A stretch of DNA of 64,000 nt, from positions 6,275 through 70,274 of the forward strand of contig JAVBUO010000001.1 in the NCBI GenBank assembly GCA_031555315.1, read 5' to 3'. The notes under the pieces are model-generated. The model saw only the letters and a program-made list of their open reading frames with translations, did not search any database and was not told where the DNA came from. Source of the DNA: Acetobacteraceae bacterium. Its GTDB lineage: Bacteria; Pseudomonadota; Alphaproteobacteria; Acetobacterales; Acetobacteraceae. Below, one piece after another: positions 37,950-46,392 of this stretch (positions within the stretch are counted from its first letter, which is position 1; each line of letters starts with the position of its first letter). Both the position numbers and the translations under genes were made by a program.

Positions 37950-39764
37950 ATGGCACCTGCTCCGCTTCTTCTGCTCCAGGATATCCGCGTCACGCTGGGA
38001 ACGACCGCACTGCTGCACAACGCCGCCCTGGGCATTGCGCCTGGCGAGCGACTGGCGCTGGTCGGGCGCAACGGGTCCGGCAAGTCGACGCTGCTGAAGA
38101 TCGCCGCCGGGTTGATCCCGGCCGATGGCGGCACGCGCTTCGTGCAGCCGGGCACCACCGTGCGCTATCTGCCGCAGGAGCCGGATCTGTCGGGTTATCC
38201 GGATACGCTCGCCTATGTGGAGGCCGGCCTCGGCCCCAGCGACGATCCATACCGCGCACGCTACCTGCTGGAACAGCTCGGCATGACCGGCACGGAAGAC
38301 CCGAAAGTGCTGTCGGGCGGCGAGGCGCGGCGCGCGGCGCTGGCGCGTATTCTGGCCCCCTCGCCCGATGTGCTGCTGCTCGACGAACCGACCAACCACC
38401 TGGACCTGCCGGCCATCGAATGGCTCGAGTCCGAGCTGAGATCGATGCGCTCGGCCATGGTCATCATCAGTCACGACCGCCGCTTTCTGCAGAACCTGTC
38501 GCGCGCCATGGTCTGGCTGGACCGCGGGATGGCGCGGCGCGTCGAGCGCGGCTTCGCCGACTTCGAGATCTGGCGTGACGAAGTGCTGGAACAGGAGGAA
38601 CGCGACGCCCACAAGCTCGATCGCCAGATCGTGCGCGAGGAAGACTGGCTGCGTTATGGCGTGACGGCGCGGCGCAAACGCAATGTGCGCCGTCTGGCCG
38701 ACCTGCATGCGCTGCGCCAGAAGCGCCGCGACCGGGTGATGGCGCAGGGCCGCGTCAAGGCCACGGCGATGGAGGGCGACGGTTCTGGTTCGCTGGTCAT
38801 CGCGGCCGAGAACATTTCCAAGGCGTTCGACGGTAAAACGCCGGTGGTGCGGGACTTCACCACCAACATCATGCGCGGCGACCGCGTGGGCATCGTCGGT
38901 CCCAACGGCGCGGGGAAAAGTGTGCTGCTGTCGATGCTGACCGGATCGCTTACGCCCGATACCGGCACCGTCACGCTGGGTACCGCGCTCAACATGGTGG
39001 TGCTCGACCAGAAGCGCGAAAGCCTCGACCCGGGCATGACATTGGCCGACGCGCTGACCAGCGGGCACGGCGATATCGTGCAGGTAGGCAACAGCACCAA
39101 GCACGTCATCGGCTATATGAAGGACTTCCTGTTTCTGCCCGAACAGGCGCGCGCGCCCGTGCATGTGCTGTCGGGTGGCGAACGCGGGCGGCTGATGCTG
39201 GCGCGTGCATTGGCCACACCGTCGAACCTGCTGGTGCTCGACGAGCCGACCAACGATCTGGATATGGAAACGCTGGACCTGCTGCAGGAAGTGCTGGCCG
39301 ATTACAGTGGCACGGTGCTGATCGTCAGCCACGACCGCGACTTTCTGGACCGGGTGACGACATCGGTGATCGCCGCGGAAGGCGATGGCGTGTGGCAGGA
39401 ATACGCAGGCGGCTATTCCGACCTGATCGCCCAGCGCGGCTTTGGTGTGCAGGCACGCGCGGCGGCTGTAGCGGAAAAGAAAATCGCCTCCGATACACCG
39501 CGCGCCGAGAAAGCCGCGCCCGCCAGGAAACGTATGAGCTTCAAGGACAAGCACGCCCTGGAACGCCTGCCGGCCGAAATGGAGAAATTGCAGACCGAAA
39601 TAACCCGTCTGCATGCGCTGCTGGCCGATCCGCAGTTGTACCAGCGCGACCCGAAAGCCTTCGCCAGCCACAGTACCGCCATGACAGAGGCCGAGGCAAA
39701 ACTGCACGTCATGGAGGAAGAATGGCTGCGGCTGGAAATGCTGCGCGAGGAAACCGGGGAATAA
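37950..39764 (+). CDS. ABC-F family ATPase (Uup-like)
   Basis: ORF 37950..39764. Two ABC cassettes (GRNGSGKST, GPNGAGKS; LSGGE twice) and no TM domain. Confidence 0.9.
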   Translation: MAPAPLLLLQDIRVTLGTTALLHNAALGIAPGERLALVGRNGSGKSTLLKIAAGLIPADGGTRFVQPGTTVRYLPQEPDLSGYPDTLAYVEAGLGPSDDPYRARYLLEQLGMTGTEDPKVLSGGEARRAALARILAPSPDVLLLDEPTNHLDLPAIEWLESELRSMRSAMVIISHDRRFLQNLSRAMVWLDRGMARRVERGFADFEIWRDEVLEQEERDAHKLDRQIVREEDWLRYGVTARRKRNVRRLADLHALRQKRRDRVMAQGRVKATAMEGDGSGSLVIAAENISKAFDGKTPVVRDFTTNIMRGDRVGIVGPNGAGKSVLLSMLTGSLTPDTGTVTLGTALNMVVLDQKRESLDPGMTLADALTSGHGDIVQVGNSTKHVIGYMKDFLFLPEQARAPVHVLSGGERGRLMLARALATPSNLLVLDEPTNDLDMETLDLLQEVLADYSGTVLIVSHDRDFLDRVTTSVIAAEGDGVWQEYAGGYSDLIAQRGFGVQARAAAVAEKKIASDTPRAEKAAPARKRMSFKDKHALERLPAEMEKLQTEITRLHALLADPQLYQRDPKAFASHSTAMTEAEAKLHVMEEEWLRLEMLREETGE

Positions 39765-39855
39765 CCTTCAGACGCTCTGCAATCAGCGGGGTATTTTATA
39801 CGGCAGGCGATACAGGCTGGCTGTTCGATGGCGAAGCACGCAGCGCCATGGTCGA

Positions 39856-40458
39856 TCAGGATCCGAACGGCAGAAAGAACTGCTGTTTGGAGTCCGCTTT
39901 TGCCTCTGTGCTTTCCAAGGCGACGCCATCGGCGGGCGGATTTTGCGCGATCTGGGCGCGTCCGGCATCCGTATTGCGCCAGATCTTACCCAGCAGCGCC
40001 GACAGCGTGTCGCGTTCGCTCGCCGACAGTCCTTGCAGTAAACCTGCGATCCAGGCCGCATGCTCGCGAAAGAGACGCGTCGTCAGCACGGCGCCTTTCT
40101 TGGTCAACGCAACGCTGATGCTGCGCCGGTCCACCCTGCTCGGTATGCGGCGCACCAGCGCATCGCGTTCCAGCCCGTCGAGCAGCCCGGTCACCGTCGC
40201 CCGCGTCACGCCCGCCCGCTCGGCCAGCACATGCGGTGCCAACCCCTGCCCGGTGTGCTCGGCACGGTCCAGCAGAAACAGCAGCACGAAACGCCCTTCG
40301 CTAAGATCGTATACCGACAGACGGCGCGCGCAATCCCGGTCGATTGCAGCTGCAAGCGCCAATACCTCGAAACACGATCGTAGCGGCACGGCCAGAACCG
40401 GCTCGTTCTGCCCGAACGCTTCGATGAATGCCGTGTGCTTGCGCGCCAGGAACTCCAT
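39856..40458 (-). CDS. MarR-family transcriptional regulator
   Basis: ORF 39856..40458. Winged-HTH region LAERAGVTRATVTGLLDGLERDALVRRIPSRVDRRSISVALT. Confidence 0.85.
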   Translation of the reverse strand: MEFLARKHTAFIEAFGQNEPVLAVPLRSCFEVLALAAAIDRDCARRLSVYDLSEGRFVLLFLLDRAEHTGQGLAPHVLAERAGVTRATVTGLLDGLERDALVRRIPSRVDRRSISVALTKKGAVLTTRLFREHAAWIAGLLQGLSASERDTLSALLGKIWRNTDAGRAQIAQNPPADGVALESTEAKADSKQQFFLPFGS

Positions 40459-40495
40459 ATGGATTAAATCAATACGAAATTGAATTATTTACAAC

Positions 40496-40861
40496 CTAGC
40501 AACCGTTGCCGCGGACCGTTACGCCCAGCACACGGTGTTCACGCAGCTCGAAGGTTGCCTCGCAGGTGTTCTGGATCACCTCGGGCGCGGTACCCCAGCC
40601 GCCGTAATACGGCCCGCGCCAGCCCCAGCCGCCATACCCGCCGTAATAACCGGGATAAACCACGGTGGACGTCGACGCATAGGCCAGGAACCGCGCCCCG
40701 CCCGTTTCATAGGTGCGCGAAGGCACCCCCATCTCGCGGACCAGATCGGCCTCGCCCCGCCCGACGAAAACGGACAGACGGTTGGCCAGTTCCTGCCGCT
40801 GCGAGGCCGGCGTGCAGGCCGCCAGTACTGTGACGAGAACAAGCAGCAGATAGCGTGACAT
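40496..40861 (-). CDS. Lipoprotein with Gly/Tyr/Trp-rich segment
   Basis: Internal ATG 40861 of ORF 40496..40891. Signal peptide with lipobox MSRYLLLVLVTVLAAC and low-complexity segment PGYYGGYGGWGWRGPYYGGWG. Confidence 0.7.
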   Translation of the reverse strand: MSRYLLLVLVTVLAACTPASQRQELANRLSVFVGRGEADLVREMGVPSRTYETGGARFLAYASTSTVVYPGYYGGYGGWGWRGPYYGGWGTAPEVIQNTCEATFELREHRVLGVTVRGNGC

Positions 40862-40918
40862 GCCGATCTTCCCTCTCTGGTTCCGTTGCATGGACTCTAG
40901 CAGAAACCGAGGACTAAA

Positions 40919-41914
40919 TCACACTTGTAACCACAGCACGTCACCGATCCTGTTTGCTCCCGCCGCCACCATCGCCAGCCGGTCGAACCCCAGCGCGATC
41001 CCGGCCGCTTCCGGCATGCCGTGTTCAAGGGCGGCCAGAAAATCCTCGTCCGTGCCCCAGCCGGGGCCGTACAGCGCCTCGCGCCGCGCACGGTCTTCGG
41101 CGAAGCGGCGGCGCTGTTCCACCGGGTCGGTCAGTTCGACGAACGCATTGGCCAGTTCCATGCCGCACAGGAACAGTTCGAACCGTTCCGCCACGCGCGG
41201 ATCGTCCGGGCAGCGCCGCGCCAGGGCCGCCTGGCTGGCGGGGAAATACGTCAGAAACGTCGGGTGTTCACGCCCCAGATTGGGCTCCACCTTGGCCAGC
41301 AGCAGGCGAAAGAACAGGTCCTCCCAGCTTTCACCATCGCGCAGCGATACCCCCGCCTGCCTGGCAAGTGCCGCCGCATCGCCCTCGGTCGCCAGCACGT
41401 CGGCACCGGCGTAGCGCGTGAACGCCTCGGCCACCGACAGGCGCTCGAACCGCGCCAGATCGGCGGTCACGCCGCGGCACGTTACCACCGGCGGCAGAAC
41501 CGCACGTAACAGAGCTTCCACCTCGTCCATCAGGTCGGCCATCGTCGCGCCGGGACGGTACCATTCCAACATGGTGAATTCGCTCGCGTGGGTGTCGCCG
41601 CCCTCGGCATTGCGCCACACCCGCGCCAACTGGAAGATCCGCCCGGCCCCGCCGGCCAGCAGCTTCTTCATCGCGAATTCGGGGCTGGTGTTCAGCCAGA
41701 GCGGGGTGATCGCGCCCAGATGATCCTCGCGTTCGGTGCGAAAGGCGCGCAGATGCACCTCCTCGCCCGGAACCGGCACGGCGTAGGGGGTTTCCACCTC
41801 GGTATAACCGCGCGCGGTAAAGAAAGCCCGTGTGCCGGCGGTCAGCAAAGACCGCCGCCGCAGGTATGGCAGGCGTGCGGCCAGCCGTTCGGGATGCCAG
41901 AGCTGTTGCGACAT
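40919..41914 (-). CDS. epmA: EF-P lysine-lysyltransferase (truncated LysRS paralog)
   Basis: ATG 41914 inside ORF 40919..41926 (41926 is GTG). Class II aaRS core FFTARGYTEVETP...SPEFAMKKLL...EFTMLEWY...GIALGFDRL. Confidence 0.9.
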   Translation of the reverse strand: MSQQLWHPERLAARLPYLRRRSLLTAGTRAFFTARGYTEVETPYAVPVPGEEVHLRAFRTEREDHLGAITPLWLNTSPEFAMKKLLAGGAGRIFQLARVWRNAEGGDTHASEFTMLEWYRPGATMADLMDEVEALLRAVLPPVVTCRGVTADLARFERLSVAEAFTRYAGADVLATEGDAAALARQAGVSLRDGESWEDLFFRLLLAKVEPNLGREHPTFLTYFPASQAALARRCPDDPRVAERFELFLCGMELANAFVELTDPVEQRRRFAEDRARREALYGPGWGTDEDFLAALEHGMPEAAGIALGFDRLAMVAAGANRIGDVLWLQV

Positions 41915-41946
41915 GATGCCGCGCACATTAAACGTTGCGCCCTCAA

Positions 41947-42984
41947 ATGCCAGACACCCTGCCCCCCGACCGGACCTTGCGCACCCCTGCCGACATCGAA
42001 GCGGCGGGCCTGGCGGCGCGCGCCGATGCCGAGGCGGTGGGCGCGCGCTACGCCATCGCCATCACGCCGGCGATCCGCGCGCTGATCGAGGCGCCCGACG
42101 ATCCGATCGGCATGCAGTTCGTGCCGCACATCGATGAACTGACGCTCGCCCCGCACGAAAGCACCGACCCGATCGCCGATGATGCGCTCTCGCCGGTCAA
42201 GGGCATCGTGCATCGCTATGCGGATCGCGCGCTGCTGAAGCCACTGCTGGTCTGCCCCGTCTATTGCCGGTTCTGCTTCCGGCGCGAACATGTCGGCCCC
42301 GATGGCGGACTGCTGAGCGACGCCGAACTTGAAGCCGCATTCGACTGGATTCGCGTGCATCCGCAGATCAGCGAAATCATCATGACCGGCGGCGACCCAT
42401 TGATGCTGTCGCCGCGGCGGCTGGCGCACATCATGTCGGCGCTGTCGGCAATTCCGCATGTCGAGACGATCCGCATCCATTCACGCGTGCCCATCGCCGA
42501 TCCGGCGCGCATCACGCCGGACCTGCTGGCCGCGCTGGAGACAGATCGTGCGCTGTGGGTTGCCGTGCATGCCAACCACGCGCGCGAATTCGGCGACGAC
42601 GCCCGCGCCGCACTGCGCCGCATGAACCGCGCGGGCATACCGCTGCTGGGTCAGTCGGTGCTGCTGCGCGGCGTGAACGACAGCACCGCAGCACTAGAAG
42701 CCCTGTTCCGCACCATGCTCGCCAACCGGGTCAAACCGTATTACCTGCACCAGCTCGACAGCGCCCCCGGCACCGCGCGCTTTCACGTGCCGATCGCCGA
42801 GGGCCGCCGCCTGCTGGCCGGACTGCGCGGACGGGTAAGCGGCCTGGCATGGCCGACTTACGTGCTGGATATCCCCGGCGGGTACGGAAAAGTGCCTCTG
42901 GGGCCGGATTTTCTGGAAAAAGATGCCGTTCGCGACCCGAATGGCGGCTGCCACCGGCTTGCCGGGCCGGACCTGGCGGTTTAG
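41947..42984 (+). CDS. epmB: Lysine 2,3-aminomutase-like radical SAM enzyme
   Basis: ATG 41947 inside ORF 41935..42984 (41935 is TTG). Radical SAM cluster motif CPVYCRFCFRR and KamA-family sequence. Confidence 0.9.
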   Translation: MPDTLPPDRTLRTPADIEAAGLAARADAEAVGARYAIAITPAIRALIEAPDDPIGMQFVPHIDELTLAPHESTDPIADDALSPVKGIVHRYADRALLKPLLVCPVYCRFCFRREHVGPDGGLLSDAELEAAFDWIRVHPQISEIIMTGGDPLMLSPRRLAHIMSALSAIPHVETIRIHSRVPIADPARITPDLLAALETDRALWVAVHANHAREFGDDARAALRRMNRAGIPLLGQSVLLRGVNDSTAALEALFRTMLANRVKPYYLHQLDSAPGTARFHVPIAEGRRLLAGLRGRVSGLAWPTYVLDIPGGYGKVPLGPDFLEKDAVRDPNGGCHRLAGPDLAV

Positions 42985-43035
42985 ACCACCCACCAACCCA
43001 ATACATCGCCCCAATACATCGCACTGAGAGATAAC

Positions 43036-43599
43036 ATGAAACAGCAGGCGAACCTCATTCGTGCAGGCCAGGTCATCGAACACGGAGGCCGCCGCTGGAC
43101 GGTACTGAAGCAGCAGATCATTACCCCCGGCAAAGGCGGCGCCTTCATCCAGGTGGAAATGCGCGACCTAAAAACCGGCAACAAGACCAACGAGCGCTGG
43201 CGCACCGCCGATACCGTCGAACGGCTGATGACGGAAGACAAGGAATTCACCTATTCCTATACCGATGGCGACAACCTGGTGTTCATGGATCCGGAAACCT
43301 TCGAACAGACGATGATCCCCGCCTCGCTGCTGGGCGATGGCGTCGCGTTCCTGCAGGACAACATGACGGTCAACGTCAATCTGGTGGAAGGCGAACCGGT
43401 CGCCATCCAGTTGCCGCCGAACGTGGTGCTGGAGATCGTCGAGGCCGACCCGGTGGTGAAGGGGCAGACGGCGTCGTCGTCTTACAAGCCCGCCATGCTG
43501 TCGAACGGGGTGAAGACCATGGTGCCGCCGTTCATCGAGGCCGGCGAGAAAGTGGTGATCCGCACGGAAGACTCATCCTACGTCGAACGCGCGAAGTAA
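43036..43599 (+). CDS. efp: Translation elongation factor P
   Basis: ORF 43036..43599. Loop ITPGKGGAFIQVEMRD carries the Lys expected for beta-lysylation. Confidence 0.95.
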   Translation: MKQQANLIRAGQVIEHGGRRWTVLKQQIITPGKGGAFIQVEMRDLKTGNKTNERWRTADTVERLMTEDKEFTYSYTDGDNLVFMDPETFEQTMIPASLLGDGVAFLQDNMTVNVNLVEGEPVAIQLPPNVVLEIVEADPVVKGQTASSSYKPAMLSNGVKTMVPPFIEAGEKVVIRTEDSSYVERAK

Positions 43600-43605
43600 T
43601 CCGCC

Positions 43606-44442
43606 GTGATCCGTCTGTCGCCGCATCTGTCGGTCATGCACGCAGCCGTCCGCGCGGCGGCAAAGCGTCTGCTGCGTGATTTCTCGGAAGTCGAGAAGCT
43701 GCAGGTCAGCATGAAGGGCCCGTCCGACTTCGTCAGTCAGGCCGACCTGCGGGCCGAGGAAACGCTGAAGACCGAGCTCGACCGCGCCCGCCCCGGCTAT
43801 GCTTTCCTGATGGAGGAAAGCGGCGCGTCCGGGTCCGACAACTGGGCGTGGCGCTGGATCGTCGATCCGCTGGACGGCACCACCAACTTCCTGCACGGCA
43901 TTCCGCACTGGGCGATCAGTCTGGGGCTGGAACGCCGCCTGCCGGAAGGCGGCTCGGAAATCGCCGCGGGCGTCGTATATTCGCCGGTCAACGACGAGAT
44001 GTTCTGGGCGGAGAAAGGCGGCGGCGCGTTTCTGAACGACCGGCGCATCCGTGTCTCTTCGCGCAAGGACTTGCGCGAGGCAGTGTTCGCCACCGGTATT
44101 CCGTTCGGCGCAGCACCCCGCAAGGCGGAGTTTCTGCGCATCCTGAACCGTGTGATGCCACAGGTGGCGGGCGTGCGGCGCATGGGGGCGGCGGCGCTCG
44201 ACCTCGCCTGGGTCGCGGCGGGGCGTTACGAAGGCTACTGGGAACTGGGGCTGAAACCGTGGGACATGGCGGCGGGTCTGCTGATCGTCCAGGAAGCCGG
44301 CGGTTTCGTGACCGGACCGGACGACCGCGCACCGCTGGACAGCGGCGACGTGGTGGCCGGTGTGCCTGTCCTGCACCCCAGATTGCGCGAGATCGTCAAT
44401 GACGGGATCGCCGCCCAGGCCAGGCAGAAAACAGAAACATAA
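43606..44442 (+). CDS. suhB: Inositol monophosphatase family protein (SuhB-like)
   Basis: ORF 43606..44442 (GTG start). Motifs WIVDPLDGTTNF and WDMAAG. Confidence 0.9.
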   Translation: MIRLSPHLSVMHAAVRAAAKRLLRDFSEVEKLQVSMKGPSDFVSQADLRAEETLKTELDRARPGYAFLMEESGASGSDNWAWRWIVDPLDGTTNFLHGIPHWAISLGLERRLPEGGSEIAAGVVYSPVNDEMFWAEKGGGAFLNDRRIRVSSRKDLREAVFATGIPFGAAPRKAEFLRILNRVMPQVAGVRRMGAAALDLAWVAAGRYEGYWELGLKPWDMAAGLLIVQEAGGFVTGPDDRAPLDSGDVVAGVPVLHPRLREIVNDGIAAQARQKTET

Positions 44443-44540
44443 AATTCAACAAAAACAGTTCAATGAAACGTTTTTTTAGAGTAACAAAATCGCTGCGCTT
44501 AACCGTTGCCGTCGAATATAAAACTGCACAATCCGTGAAT

Positions 44541-44572
44541 CTGACCTATAAGATTATCAATCTTTAGGTCAG
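44541..44572. promoter_or_regulatory. AT-rich 32-nt imperfect palindrome just upstream of the stator-like operon
   Basis: CTGACCTATAAGATTATCAATCTTTAGGTCAG pairs as 14 bp with one bulge around a 3-nt loop. It ends 12 nt before ATG 44585. Confidence 0.4.
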
Positions 44573-44584
44573 GCACTTCGTGGA

Positions 44585-45247
44585 ATGCTCGGGAAACAGT
44601 TGAACATTCAGGCTGCCATTCTGTCTTCTGGCATACTGTTCTGTGCCATGGCATACGCACAGACCATATCGGCCCCCGAACACAGTCTACGCATTCCAGA
44701 AATGAGCGACATTCCCGCCGCCCCGGTGCTGGACCCGCTGCAGACGCCGCAGGCCGTGCATGTGGACCGCTCGCCTGCCTCGCCTCCTTCCTTGGCCGCC
44801 AGCCCTGTCTCCACAGTTCCCGCCCCCCAGCGCCAGGCAGAAGACCAGACCGTTAGGCCGACGCCTGCAGGTACTGCCGCATCTCGGGCTGGGGCAGCGG
44901 CCTCGGCCTATGCCCGACAGATCGTCAACGGCATTCGCATCATCCTGCCGTCCAAGGAAGCCAGCGCCCCGCCGGGCGGCGCAATCCCGGCATTGCAGGC
45001 TTTTCTGCGCGCCATTCCGGACGGCAACACTAGCCGTATCACCGTTTCCGCCTATGCCAGCGGGACAACCGAAGATGTCTCGACACCGCGCCGTCTGTCG
45101 TTGCAACGTGCGCGGGCGGTACAGGAAATCCTGGTCGGGGCCGGCGCCGATCCCCGGCGAATCGACCTTCGGCCGATGGGAATCGCCACGACCGATGCCA
45201 ACATACCGGACCGCATCGACATAACGCTTGGGGTAACACCACGATGA
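44585..45247 (+). CDS. Secreted Pro-rich protein with C-terminal OmpA-like segment
   Basis: ORF 44585..45247. Signal peptide ...FCAMAYA-Q, and C-terminus RITVSAYASG...RRLSLQRARAVQEILVGAGADPRRIDLRPMG. Confidence 0.7.
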   Translation: MLGKQLNIQAAILSSGILFCAMAYAQTISAPEHSLRIPEMSDIPAAPVLDPLQTPQAVHVDRSPASPPSLAASPVSTVPAPQRQAEDQTVRPTPAGTAASRAGAAASAYARQIVNGIRIILPSKEASAPPGGAIPALQAFLRAIPDGNTSRITVSAYASGTTEDVSTPRRLSLQRARAVQEILVGAGADPRRIDLRPMGIATTDANIPDRIDITLGVTPR

Positions 45248-46389
45248 CCAACCCGATACACTACCTCTGGCGGATGCTGATCTTTCTGGCCATCGTCGCC
45301 GGGGTGGCGTTCCTGCTGCATAAAACCCTGATGATGGCGTTCGCGGCCAATCCGGTTCTGGATGCGGTCATCCTTCTGGTGCTGTTCCTGGGCATTCTGT
45401 GGAATTTCCGCCAGGTGCTGCGGCTGCGGCGTGAAGTGAACTGGGTAAAGACCTTTCAGACCAGCCGGACGGCATTGTCGGCCATCCCCGCCCCGCGCCT
45501 GCTGGCGCCGATGGCGTCGATGCTGGCGACACGCATGAAGAAGGCACCGGACGGCGACGAGCGTGTCACCTTGTCGCCGCCTGCCATGCGCAGCATGCTG
45601 GATTCCATCCAGAGCCGCCTGGACGAAAGCCGCGAGCTGTCGCGCTATATGACCGGGCTGATGATCTTCCTCGGCCTGCTGGGAACGTTCTGGGGCCTGC
45701 TGCTGACGGTGGGCAGCGTAGGCGACGTGATCGCCGGCATGTCGGTGGGCTCCGGTGACGTCAGCGCCATGTTCGACCAGTTGAAGAATGGCCTGGCGCA
45801 GCCGCTGCGGGGCATGGGCACGGCGTTCAGCGTCTCGATGCTCGGCCTGTCGGGCGCACTGGTGCTCGGCTTTCTCGATCTCACGGCAGGACAGGCGCAG
45901 AACCGCTTCTTCAACGAGCTCGAGGAATGGCTGGCCGGGCTGACCCGCCTGTCGTCCGGCGCGCTGAGCGATGGCGATGCCAATGTGCCGTTCTATGTGC
46001 AGTCACTGCTGGAACAGACTGCCGAGAACATGGAAAGCCTGCAACGTATTCTGGCGCGCGGCGAGGACAGCCGGCGCGAAAGCAGCCATGCGGTGCTGGC
46101 GCTGGCTGAACGGCTCGGCGTGATGACGGAATCGATGCGCGCCAACCAGCAATTGATGCTGCACATCGCCGAAAGCCAGCAGGCGTTGGCGCCGCTGTTC
46201 CAGCGCCTCGCCCAGCAGGGCTCCGCCGACGACGGCGTCCGTCAGCATCTGCGCAATATCGAAACCACACTGGCCCGTCTGTTGAGCAGCATGGAACAGG
46301 GCCGCGGCGAAATGACCGGCGAGATCCGCAACGAGATCCGCCTGCTGACCCGCACCATCGAACACATTTCCCAAGAAACGTCGCAGTAA
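45244..46389 (+). CDS. MotA/TolQ/ExbB-family proton-channel protein with long helical C-terminal tail
   Basis: ORF 45244..46389. Four predicted TM helices, with signature helices LGLLGTFWGLLLTV and GMGTAFSVSMLGLSGALVLGF. ATGA overlap with the preceding gene. Confidence 0.8.
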   Translation: MTNPIHYLWRMLIFLAIVAGVAFLLHKTLMMAFAANPVLDAVILLVLFLGILWNFRQVLRLRREVNWVKTFQTSRTALSAIPAPRLLAPMASMLATRMKKAPDGDERVTLSPPAMRSMLDSIQSRLDESRELSRYMTGLMIFLGLLGTFWGLLLTVGSVGDVIAGMSVGSGDVSAMFDQLKNGLAQPLRGMGTAFSVSMLGLSGALVLGFLDLTAGQAQNRFFNELEEWLAGLTRLSSGALSDGDANVPFYVQSLLEQTAENMESLQRILARGEDSRRESSHAVLALAERLGVMTESMRANQQLMLHIAESQQALAPLFQRLAQQGSADDGVRQHLRNIETTLARLLSSMEQGRGEMTGEIRNEIRLLTRTIEHISQETSQ

Positions 46390-46392
46390 GAC

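Noticed and set aside
40459-40495. Partial palindrome TAAATCAAT-ACGAA-ATTGAATTA just upstream of the marR-family gene as its operator.
   Set aside because: Only 7 of 9 positions pair. It lies in a 37-nt gap directly after the upstream lipoprotein gene, and could simply be AT-rich spacer.
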